Shown here in pieces: positions 50,005 to 61,469 of a stretch of 64,000 bases of DNA (position 1 is the stretch's first letter; the number at the start of each line of letters is the position of its first letter). This stretch comes from Heterodontus francisci (taxonomy: Eukaryota). The translations under genes were made by a program, and so were the position numbers. The notes beneath the pieces are model-generated. The model was not told where the DNA came from. It saw only the letters and a program-made list of their open reading frames with translations, and searched no databases. The DNA lies in assembly GCF_036365525.1 (NCBI RefSeq), contig NC_090399.1, forward strand, positions 26,608,529 to 26,672,528, in the 5' to 3' direction.

Positions 50005-50310
50005 CATGGGATAACTTTGACTGCGGTACCTGTGCCCTATTGAAACTCCATAACACTTCATGTGCCCTGGATAACCGTAGGTGCAGCAAGTGCCTCCAGT
50101 TGCTCGAATTTGAGTTCAGTGTTTTGGAACTTGGGGTGCTGATGGATGCAGTGAGGAGCATATGGGAGGCTGCGAATTTCAGACGTGCTAGTTGCCAAAA
50201 GCAGAGAGTTCATCAAGATAGTAAGTGGGTGGTCATTCAGCAAGATGAGAAGAGGCAGGAAATGCAGGAAACCTCTAGGATTATGGTGGTCTCAAAACAG
50301 TTGTCAGTGT
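50005..50310 (+). mobile_element. CR1 ORF1 N-terminal (Cys/leucine-zipper) fragment
   Basis: CSKCLQLLEFEFSVLELGVLMDAVRSI; homologous to 62017-62330. Confidence 0.65.
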
Positions 50311-50869
50311 ATTTGGAAGAGATATTTGACGAACCTCTCCTTTTGACATTAACGACCATTTAAACATAATTTAGCCTCTTAATTTAGTGGGAAGTATTTC
50401 TACAGCCAGCTTGGTTCCAATTGAGCTCATATGAAAATTCTAAGAGCATTGATTTCACCGTTACCAATCCAACGGAAACAGCGTAAGCTCGAGAGCAACG
50501 ATCGGTTTATAGCCTGCCCGAGTTTGCTCTCTGGTGACCTCAATAAGTGCAATCAAATGGAATGTAAAATGGACACTTAATTCTGTGAGGACCTTGGGTT
50601 GGGATTGAGGGGGGGGGGGGCGAACAACGAGTATGACAGTTCCACTCAAGCGAACGCCCAGCAGGCTATTGGCTACAGAAGATGAGATTCAGCTGCCTCA
50701 ATAGATCTGGTGACACCCTGTACTCTGCTGCCATGAGGTGTTGTGTATTCTGATGGTCTGCTGTGCTCTATAAAATCTAGTGCTGCAGAGAGGGGAGGCT
50801 TACATAACAATGAGATGCCTGAGTGACACTCATCCGCCAATACTGTGGAGAGATAGGGGCAAGCAGCAA

Positions 50870-51110
50870 TGGATAGCAACATAGCAGCTGGAGTATGCCA
50901 TCCAGCCCTTCGATCCAGCTCCGCCATTCAATACGATCATGACTGATCATCCACTTGAATTCCTTTTTTCCCACACTATCCTCATATCCATTTATGTCAT
51001 CGTTATTTAGAAATCTTTCATATTCTGCTTTAAGCCTACTCAGTGACTGAGCTTCCACAGCTCTCTGGGGTAGAGGAATCCAAAGATTCCCAACCCTCCG
51101 AGTAACCCTT
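50870..51110 (-). mobile_element. CR1 3' end
   Basis: RRVGNLWIPLPQRAVEAQSLS; same 3' UTR as 22003-22230. Confidence 0.75.
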
Positions 51111-51499
51111 TGGGTGGTGAAAATCCTGTGCAGGCGATCAGACAGATAGAGCAATCCACAAAAGAGGCAAAAGACAACCTCATAATTATCCATTTGCAGC
51201 CACCCCGATGTCCATTGACAGAGAATCAAATAAAGGCTCAGCTTAATGTATGAACTCTACCGACCCCCTTCCATTTGTGTTCCCTGATTTGTACTGGCTG
51301 CAAGGCACATTATTGCCCAATGGGAGACCATATGTTAATGAGAGTCTGTATTACACTGACATGTTAATGAGGGCTGTGGTCACAATGACTTTCTTTAAGG
51401 GGGAAGGGGTAGTCAGCTGCTCACAATTAACGTATAATGGCACATGGCTTTCAGGTTATCGTGGCTAATGATTTGGAAAAATTAACTTTTAATTAACCA

Positions 51500-53620
51500 C
51501 TACAGCACATATTAGGTATATCCATGAGACCAGTAGTGTGGCTAGGTGGTCTGCTTAATACGTTTGCGAGTGCTCCTATGTGGTGTGATCCCTCCAACAG
51601 AAGTTGGGATGGAGGCAGGCTTTTGATCAGGATGCTCCTTGGCTTGTGATGACTTTGGCACGCTTCCTCTGGCTTTCTGAGGCTTGGATGGTCCTGGATG
51701 CCTGAGGGTGTCCTGGACTGATGCAGGAATCCCCTCAGGCATCACGACTGCTGAAGCTGGGCATTCCCTGTGCTGTCAACACCAGAAACTCATCTTCATT
51801 CTGTGGCCCAGCATGTTCCTGGTCACCCACAATCCTCCGACTATCACTGGCCTCAGCTGTCTCAGCTTCAACCAGTTGTTCGAGCGCATGTGCGGTTCTC
51901 TCACCAGCCTGTGAGCCTGATTCTACAGCTGAAAGCAATCCCACCGAAATGAAATTTTATGCGCGGGTGGAAGGTGCAGTAGAATCATGGAACAATGTAT
52001 TTGTGACTTCTGATCCTGCTCAGAGGTGGAATTTTGTCCGCTTTCCACTGGCGTCTACTGTGCATGCTGACCTCTGTGGGGTGGGATAAGAAGATCTACT
52101 AATACCAAATATGTGTAATGTCAGTCTCCAGAGTTGAACTGTATGTCGGTGTAAGTCAATCGTCATTTTCTTGTATTGACAGTCCAGTCTCACCATCCGC
52201 TATGGAGTCGGTTCCATGGGTCACTGCCAGTTCGAGTCTTTTTAACTGTGGAGATATATTTAATGTTGGAGATTTCTCCACCAGTCCATGATGTATCTTT
52301 GTGTTGTGGGTTGTCTTGCCCTGCAACTGGAAAGAGGGAAATACTTCTGCTACTGGCAGCCCGTCGTCCCTCACTGGACTTTCCCATTCAGCTCATCCTT
52401 CCATCAGCTCTCAGGGGAGTTGCTGTGGATCGAGCTGTGAAAGAAGGTGTCCTGCTGCCTAAATGTAGCAGCGCATTGGTCAGGAGAGGTGATGCGTAAC
52501 CCATTGTGCCAGTGCTTATGTGGGGCATCACTGTCCATTGTCTCCCTTCCTACTGCATAGCCTCATTAAAACTCTCAAAAGGAGAGAGTGATGTAGCTCT
52601 CACCTTGGCAGAACGAAAATAGGTTGGTAATTCACTTCCTGAAATGGATTGAGGGAATTTGGGTGGTGTGGAGCATCCTCACGGCTGCTGCAACCTCTGC
52701 AATCACCATCCAGGCTTGCTTGGTCAGCTGGAAGGACCTCTTTTTTTACTTCTTCGAGGGATGCGTATATCGCCGACTAGACCAGCATTTATTGCCCATC
52801 CCGACTGACACTTGGGAAGGTGATGGTGAGCTGCATTCTTGAACCGCTGCAGTCCTTGAGCTGGAGGTACACCTGCAGTGCTGTCAGGAAGGGAGTTCTC
52901 GGATTTTGACACAGAGGCCGTGAAGAAAAAATAATGAGTTCTATGTCAGAATGATGTGCGGCTTGGAGGGGAACTTGCAGGTGCTGGTGTTCCCATGCAT
53001 CTGCTTCCCTTGTCCTTCTAGATGATAGAAGTCGCGAGTTTGGAAGATGCTTCGATGGAGTGTTGGCGAGTTCCTGCAGTGCATTTTGCAAATGGTGCAC
53101 ACTGTGCATAGGTGGTAAAGAGAGTGTATGTTGAAGGTGGCGGTGGTGCAGTAGACCTCCCATATTTCTCCTGCATCCTGGAGGAAAATATCCAGAGGTG
53201 GCATTGCTATACTGTGGGGCCCCCTGGTGTAGAAATTATTCCATAGTCAATACAGGCTCCGTTTCTCACCTGTCAGTCTGATGCAGGGATATTGAGGCAC
53301 AAATAGCTGTTAAAGGGGCCAAGGGGCAGCAAGCGGCAATTCAAGAGCTCCTGGGTCAGTGATGGCACCTGAAGGGGTTCTATAACACCAATGACATCTG
53401 GCATAGCCCTGGGGCAGCAAGCAGCATTGTGGAAGGACACCGTCTCAAAAGTCATGAGGGAATGCAGAGCTCAAAGACCTTCAAATATGGCGCCAGAATT
53501 GATCCGGCGTCATGAGACGACGTGATGATCGTCTCGTCTCCCGCCCCCGCGGCGTGATTGGGCAGGCATCGCCTCCAGCATGTAAAATGGCCGCATTCCA
53601 TGTGAAGCTGGGACCGGCGG
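51500..53620 (-). mobile_element. Harbinger-type element remnant carrying a decayed Myb/SANT-like ORF2
   Basis: Minus strand 52600-52716 translates to AWMVIAEVAAAV...HFRK*ITNLFRSAK, similar to the Myb/SANT-like W.EVA..V...QCRKK.NDL.RSA motif. GC-rich end at ~53490-53620. Confidence 0.5.
52741..53153 (-). mobile_element. 5'-truncated second-family CR1-like LINE with 6-bp TSD
   Basis: T-run at 52741 followed by the antisense 3' UTR; gacctc duplicated at 52735-52740 and 53154-53159. Confidence 0.85.
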
Positions 53621-54087
53621 CAGGATCAAAACATTTAGCACTATGTAACATCAAGTGTTGTTCATGAGTATATATCGCAGCAAAATTTTCATAAACTTGT
53701 GTTTCTTTAACTTCTTTAATTTCGTGTTTGAATTCATTATTAATTTAAATACAGGATTGCAAAGTTAGTCCATAGAAAGAAAAATATACAGTTGTTTGTT
53801 CAATCCCTGATAGCTTGGAATCCTTATATAAATTTCTGAGACATTGGAAGATATCTCAAATTCTGACCCCCGCCCCCACCCCCACACCCTCCCCCACCCC
53901 CCACACCCCCCAAAAAAGTACTAGAATGAAGGATACCTACAATGACCCAGCACTGGAAGATTTTTTTTATCATTTCTATATTGTTCCGATTTTTTACGAT
54001 TAATAATTTTTTGCTAGTTTTTACTAATTTGTACAATTCATTCCTCAAAATTCTATGTGGAAAATAAACAGCAAAGTGCATGAAAAT

Positions 54088-54298
54088 ACGAACAGAAAGA
54101 TCCGGAAATACTCAGCAGCTCTTGCATCATTTGTGGAGACAGAATCAGAGTTAACGTTTCATGTCTGCGAATTGATGGTCACAGACCTGAAAGGTTAACT
54201 CTGTTTCTCTCGCCATGGATGCTGCCAGGCCTGCTGAGTATTTAGAGCACTTTCTGTTCCCATTTCAGAATTCCAGCATCCCGTAGTATTTTGCTGTT
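54088..54298. mobile_element. Older palindromic Penelope-like insertion
   Basis: aaatactcagcag...cagagttaacgtttc / gaaaggttaactctg...ctgctgagtattt inverted arms plus atttcagaattccagcatc...gtattttgct tail, as at 36435-36652. Confidence 0.75.
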
Positions 54299-55182
54299 AT
54301 AGTGCATCAAAAATGCTGCCGGAATAGGAATCACGTGTTTTTGCTCTTTTCATGATTTGGGATGAATGTTCGTTTCTCCCACCTGGAGGAAAAAAAGGTC
54401 GTAATAGAACGGTCGTTCGTTTTAGACACCACCTGATTTTAATTTCCAATAATGTAACAAAATGAAAAGTTACTCCTTTTGATACGTGTGAAACTGCACT
54501 TGTGTATGATGCAAAACAAATTGATTCAGATCCAGCGCTTGTTGTATACTCGACAGGGTATTCAGCTCCATTTAGTGCAATAGTATTGAACGTGGGCCAT
54601 ACCATGTAATGGTCGACAAAGCGATTCTGTCTGTTTAATATACCATCCATTTGCAATATCGCCCCTACTGTTCTGACTTTGCCATAATCTATTGAAAGTT
54701 GCTAGGAGAGGAGCAGAATATCATCTTCGATCTATCTTCCTTCTCAAAACGTATGACACTGTGTTCAATGGTAAATGAGATTTAGTGGAATGTTAAACGT
54801 ACAATCAATTCGCTATTGCCCGATTTATACTATAACCCAAGATCTCTTTCATCCCATTACTACATTTTTCAGGTAACAATGCACCTAGGTAAGGCATTTC
54901 GATGTAGTTGCATAACGTAGGAGATGTGAGACAGGAGGGCGTCATGATCAATCAATTGAATGCTTCAGGGATTAAACAGGTCCTAACAAATAATGTACTG
55001 CAGTCACAGTCGCAGAGGCTGTACATGCTGACTTCCAGTAAGGCAGGCTTGCCCCTTTGAGGACGGAAGCAACTGTCTTGAACTGTTTCAAACAGGAAAT
55101 TAGAGAAGTAGGCACATTGTAGCAAGGACATCACACTTTCACGAATGAATTATAATTACCTCATTTGTGTTTCACCTTTCAG

Positions 55183-55218
55183 AAATGGAAAAACTGAGAA
55201 AAGCTGTGCACGATATGG
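55183..55218 (+). CDS. 36-nt micro-exon (class A), EMEKLRKAVHDM
   Basis: ttgtgtttcacctttcag|AAATGGAAAAACTGAGAAAAGCTGTGCACGATATGG|gtaaga; open in phase 1, TGA in phase 0. The acceptor resembles that of 1478. Confidence 0.82.
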
Positions 55219-56009
55219 GTAAGAATGACAGCATTCAATGGCACGACGTTCAAATTAGTTTCTAAGATGCGCTTAGCCAAGTTCGCTACAGAAATGTAAT
55301 CGCACTTCTTAGTTTTTACTTCCGTCATATCAAAATATATTGAGGGTTAATGTTAATCATTGTCATTTAGCGATATTGATTCACCACCTATTAAACATCA
55401 CGCCCTCCATTCCGTTCGGTTGACGTCTATAGACCTCAGAATTCACTTGCTCCATGACACGAATTTTATTACTTCACCAAAACTTACAATTATCTCTTTG
55501 AGTTTCCTTTATTCTTTGTTAAAGCCATTTCATAATGTGAAATGGCCTAATCTGTATTTTTATCAGGATTGAAATATTTACAGAGGACATTTCAGCAAAA
55601 TCCTTTACGTAGTTTGGTCATGCATCACTTGATTCACAAAATCTTCCACTACAAAAGAGGGTTCATTTCTAACAATCCACGACCTGCAAGTTCGAAGCAG
55701 TTTAAGTTGATTCATAAGGACCATTTTGGAACAAAATGAGATGTTGTCAAGGTGTTGAAACCAGAATGGTTAGATGTTGATAGCGTTTTGCGACTGTGGA
55801 GAACTCTTTATCAGAAAAGAGGTCCATAAGCAGACACATAATTGAAGGTGTAGGCCAGCTAAAAATGAACTTGATAAAATTAGGAAGAGAAGTGGCAACG
55901 GAAATGGATTTGGGGAGAGACTTCCGGATGGCTAGACAATACCAGCTGAATGAGAAGCAATCTGCTACAAAGCGAGGAAGAGAGAGAAAACATGGCTTAT
56001 TTTATTGTT

Positions 56010-58800
56010 AGCTCTCCCTCACAGGCGAAGATGACTGTCTTTGTTGAATCTGAAGAAGACTAGTGAAGCCGATTTTGTATCTACAGATTTTATGGCCCGT
56101 AGGACATGTCTTGCCATGTGGGATGTCTGGTCGTGTATTATTAGTTTGAGTCATGTCATTTTCTTTCTGCCCATCTCGGTTTTCCTCGGATTTTGTTTCA
56201 TTGGAAATCAGAACGCTGTGATCCTACCCATAGACTCTGCCTCCATCTGATTCGGTCAGGTCAATTGTCTCCCAGGGAGTTGATGTCAATGTTGCATTTC
56301 CTCAAGATTGCTTTCAGCACATCCTTGAAGTGCTTCCTTTCGCCTCCTCTGGTATGTCTTCCCTAACTGAGCTGGGAGAAGAAGACCTGCTTTTGGAGCC
56401 TGATGTCTGATATCCGAAATATATGGCCAATCCAACGAAGCTGACGGCGGATAATCATAGCCTCGCTGCTTTTGGGGTCTGCTTGAGAGAGGACACTGAT
56501 GTTGGTGCGTCTGTCCTTGCACTTGATATATCGGATCTTCCATTGGCTGCGTTGAGGAAATGACTGCAGTGCTTTGATATTCCTTCTATATGTTGTTCAT
56601 GTTTCAATCGAGTACTGTAAGGTAGAGATCGCAACCATCTCGCAGCCCATGGGTTTGGTTTCAGTTTTGATGTCGCAATCTTCAAACATTCGCTTCCTCA
56701 GGTGGCTAAAGGCTGGACGAACAGATTTCAGGCGATCTTGGATTTCATCACAGCATTCCTGAGATCATTCAGGAATTCTTCTTCAGTCCAGATCTGGAGG
56801 ATGAGGAGGTGGAGCTGTAATGTTAGCTCCTCTCCTCTGTACTTAAAGCTTTCAGCAAGGATTCGATAACCTCCTACCATTTTGCTGTTCTTCATCTGGG
56901 TGATTGTTTTCATCACCTCCAAAGGCGTTGGTGGAGTTCCGAGCTTGTATTTAACTGGGTGTTGTGGGATGGAGTTGAAAGCAGTCCCATTAACAATAAC
57001 AAAAGATAAGCAAAATTCTCCCTCTAACAGGCGTTGACAGCTTCCCTTTCCTTGATCGGATCTCCCCCATCCTTAAGCCTCAAACGAAATGTTCCTTGAG
57101 TGTTTGGGCCATAAATGTCTTCGGAGCAATGAAGAAGCCACGATATCATTCATGTTATAGAGATGCTGAATTACCTTTCCCTTGTCTACCCACCACCTGT
57201 TCTTCAAATTCCTGGCATTCCTTTGTTCCTCTGCCTTTGTCTGTTGATGAGCCAATTTCTCTTGCTTTGAGTTTTGGTCATTCTGCCAGCCACAGAAAGT
57301 CTTGCACTGGTGATCAATCAGTTCTTTGATATTATGATTACTTTCATCAAACCAGGCCAGAAGTTTCCTGACAGAAAATTTAAGTGCATCTTTGCAAGCA
57401 TTGCTGATATTGAGCTTAAAGACGTCCCAAGCGCTGAGAACGCTCTTTTATGCTCTTGATTGACGTTTGAAAAGTTTTTACTAAGGCATTGCTGGAATCA
57501 GATCCGTCAAAGCTTTCATGTTGATCTTTCGTGGACATCTCTTCGGTTGGATCCGTCATTTGGAAGCCAGTTTGAAGGACTTGATAGAACGAATAAGTTG
57601 GTGATCAGTCCAGAAGTTATCAGCTCCTGTCATTCCTCTGGTGGTGTGAACATCTTTGCGATTCTGGCCATGACTAATGACATAATTGATCAGTGTTTGG
57701 AACGTTGGTGTTGGCATGACGTTTCTTGCTTGTTCATCTGGTGGAACAGGTATTGGTGGTTATAAGCCTATGTTCTGCACATCTGGTGAAGAGAACAATG
57801 CTGTTGGAGTTGACATTTCAAATTTGTTCAATGCCAATGGTTCTATTCCAGAGATTGGAAACTCTTCCAACTCTGGCATTGAAGTCTTCGAGAAGAATAA
57901 GTCTCTCCTCCTTCGAAACCCGACATGGCTTGATGCTTGATCAAGTTTGGCATGAAATCTTCCGTGGTTTCATCATTGGTGTCTCGAGTTGAAGCATATG
58001 CATTGATCACAGTGGCGCATTGGCTCTTGCCAGTTTGAGACAAAGAGCCATGAAGCGCCCAGTTCTTCCAAGAGGGAACTCAGGAACATGATTGACAAGT
58101 TCATTCTTGATGGCAAATCCAGCTCCATGAATTCTGCGTTCTTCTTCTGATTTTCTCTTCTCGAAGAAAGTAAAAGCACCGTGGTGTTACTTGAGCTGCC
58201 CCACTCCAGCTTTCCAGGTCTCACTCAGAGCAGTGATGACAATGTCATATCACTGGTGTTCTCAGGCAACAATTGCAGTATGACGCTTTGGACTTTCACA
58301 CGTGCTTGCGTCCATTAGGGTCCTGACGTTCCAAGTCCAAAACTTTACTACTTGTGTACTGTGTGTGGTTCTGCAGCATAAGGTGATCACTATTGTTGCA
58401 GCTATCCAGTCGGGAAAAATGAGGCAGACCATGTTTAGTGCACCTTTTCTAGCACCCTCCCCAATGAGGGGTCAGTGGAGTTGATTCTAAAGAGGGTGGC
58501 TCAGCTGCAACTACAGCCACAGAAAGGCACTCCTGCCTCATTCAAGTGGTAGATGGCCATCTTGTAACTGCTGCCTCCATGTTAGATAATGACAAGAAGC
58601 TCCCATCACCTGTTGCTGGTCGCCGAAGGACTTGAAGTATGTACTCGGAAAGGAAGACACTTGTGAATGACATCTTTTAACATGAAGAAACAGTTGCACA
58701 GCAGCTTCCACACGTATATTGGGAGAATAACACTTCTATCCAATGTCTAGGAAACCACGACAATTGGGGGCTTTTGGTCTGCTGCAACCTTCGTCTGCCA
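56010..58800 (-). mobile_element. Older RTE-clade LINE (endonuclease and partial RT, internally deleted)
   Basis: ATVINAYAST..TNDETTEDF; EVMKTITQMKNSK...AESFKY.GEELT..LH.LI..IW; RNLKNRWW. Confidence 0.8.
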
Positions 58801-59504
58801 GAACAGTTGCTGAGATATTTATGGCACATCTTCCACTACCTGTTCTACCGTTTGCCAGAGCCCCATCTGCTGAGCATTTCTAGGATTCCAACAGGCCTTC
58901 ACAGTAACCAAAGCGGCCAAAGAAATTAAAAGTCGCATCGTACTTCACCCTGTTTTGATCAACCTTTGCTTACTCATTGTCCAGGTTCTGCAGCGAGGAC
59001 GAAGGGGTAGACTTTGGAAGCCATGGGTTAGTCTGGGAAGAGTGTCTGCTAGGGGTTAGTATAGGTAATTAAGCTAAGGTTGGACAACAGCGCAGGGGGA
59101 AATGAAATGAGTCAATGAACTTGACAGGTTCTTTCACACAAGTTGATCTGGGAATTAATAGGACTTGGGAAATGCGTACAGGGTTGCTTTATTTTATTCC
59201 CAACGAGCTTTCCTAGATTTTCATGGTCATCTCTCTGGGCATACTTAGTTACATAGCATAAAAGAGATCTGTTCTTTTTCTGAAGGACATTAGTGAAATA
59301 GTTAGATTTTTTTAAATTTTACGAAAAGATTTCTTATTTTTTTATTGAACACAATTGTGCAAAATCTGGATTGTTAGGCCATTACTATGAGCATGATGTC
59401 ACTGTACCTACTTTCATTAATGGGATTGCAAATGTGAGACAACATGGATATAGCTATAACTTGCTGAGAAAGTAGTACCTTTGTATGAGCTCATAGGACT
59501 TGAG

Positions 59505-60153
59505 ATTAAAGCAAGAATTCAGGTGCAGCAAGTAAGTAAGCAGGCGAATGGTATGTTGGCCTTCATCGCAACAGGATTTGAGTACAGGTGCAGGGATGTC
59601 TTACTGTGGTTTTACAGGGCCTTGATGAGACCACATCTGGAGTATTGTGTTTTCCTTATTTGAGGAAGGATGTTCTTGCCATGGAGGCATTGCAAAGAAG
59701 ATTTAGTAGACTGATTCTTGGGATGGCGGGATTGACTATGAGGAGAGATTGGGTCGAATTGGCCTATATTCACTAGAATTTAGAAAAATAAGAGGGGGTC
59801 TCAGAGAAACCTATAAAATTCTAACAGAACTAGACAGGCTCAAGGCAGGGAGGATATTCCCGTTGGCTGGGAAGTCCAGGGGTCACAGTCTCAGGATACG
59901 GGCTATTCCGTTTATAACCGAGATGAGGAGAAATTTCTTCACTCAGAGGGAGGTGAATCTCTGGAATTCTCTACCGCAGGAGGCAGTGGAGGCCAAATCA
60001 TTAAATAGATTCACGAAGGAGATAGATGTATTTCTTAATGCCAAAGGGATCAAGGGATATGGGGTAACAGTGGGAAAAGGGTGCTGAATTAGACGACCAG
60101 CCTAGATCTTCTCTGAATGGCGTACTCCTGCTCCTATTTCCTATGTTTCTATG
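59505..60153 (+). mobile_element. 5'-truncated CR1 3' end
   Basis: LMRPHLEYCV, GLYSLEFRKIRG, FFTQREVNLWNSLP; tail ctcctgctcctatttcctatgtttctatg. Confidence 0.9.
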
Positions 60154-60196
60154 AGACGTTCCAGCTAGGTTTTACTGTTTTTATTTTTCATAACAG

Positions 60197-60223
60197 AAAC
60201 GAAACTACTCCAGAAAGAGTCAG
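60197..60223 (+). CDS. 27-nt micro-exon (class B), ETKLLQKES
   Basis: actgtttttatttttcataacag|AAACGAAACTACTCCAGAAAGAGTCAG|gtaaac; acceptor and KES end match 3109. Confidence 0.8.
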
Positions 60224-61239
60224 GTAAACTGGCAAATCCCAATATTTTCCTCAACACCACTTGAAATGTTTGATTATAATTGCATTTCATACCTTTATGG
60301 AATTCTTTGGAGCAAAAAGCTATAAACAAGAATCTAATATCATGTACCTGCCATCAATGTTATGAATTTTGAAATGGAAGAAGTAGGCAAAAACAACGTT
60401 TGTTATTTTAAACTCAGCAAATTATTTCCAATGGCTGCGTATACATTAAATGGGTAAACTATATATCATTGGTTATATGGCATTTTTAATATTTCTGAGT
60501 TAAAAACAAGTTCAGCGAAATACCTGCTAATGGTATCTAAGGATTCTAAACCTACATATTCGGAGTTAGTTATTCCCAACAAACAGATATGGAAAAAAAA
60601 ATCAGTTTTTCGACAAATATTTTTGGAGAACTTATGACTTTTAGTAAAACGAGAAGGCCATTAATTGAAGCATCCCTTTCTCTTTTTAGTAGATCAACTG
60701 CACCGAATCAATTCCTCACCACGTACTTCATCCCTTCTATCACCATAAACATACTTAATTGCGTATTAAACCCATCAGCATTGTCCCATTAAAGGTTGTG
60801 TTCTTTAACTTATGCCACAAGTCTATTATTCTTTGAGCGAACATGTCTGCCTGAAATTCGTTCTTACTCCAAAGTTCTAAGATTTTAATGCGTATCTCCT
60901 GGCATTTGTATTCTATGCCATAGTGAACAATGCCCCAAAATCAGTGTCGCCTATTTCATACATGAACTTGAACCAAACATGTCATTCAGTTTCAAATATT
61001 TTTTTGCACGGGCCTTTTCAAGCGCAGCATCAAGTAATTTAACTTTAATTTCGAAAAACTGAATGGCTCGAACATCATGCATCTTATTTTGCATTGAGGT
61101 GCAAACTAATTCCAGTAGTACTTTTTGTACATTTCGTTACCATTAAATAATTTGTCTTCCAGTTAAACCTTAATTATAACCACATTTGAGTGCACCATGT
61201 CATGGTGACCTGCAAGAAATGTTAAAGTAGTGCAACTTC

Positions 61240-61468
61240 ATAAAATCATAGGAGCATTACAGCACAGAAGGAGACCATATGGCACATCGTAGCTGTTCCA
61301 GCTCTCGACAAGAGCAAACCACCTAGCTCCATTCCCCCGCCTTTTCTCCGTGGCCCTGCAAACCTTAACTCTTCATATAATTATCCAATTTCCTTTAGAA
61401 AGCCAGGATTGAATTTGCCTCCACCAAACTCTCAACAAGAACACTCCAAATCCTAAGCACTTGTTGCA
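61240..61468 (-). mobile_element. CR1 3' end fragment
   Basis: cataaaatcatagg...acagcacagaaggagaccat... antisense CR1 tail. Confidence 0.65.
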
Positions 61469-61469
61469 A

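Noticed and set aside
54297-54656. 119-aa minus-strand ORF in non-repeat sequence
   Set aside because: No recognisable domain or convincing exon boundaries.
60693-60722. 30-nt segment after a strong acceptor (DQLHRINSSP)
   Set aside because: Donor gtactt is weak and the length matches no other class.
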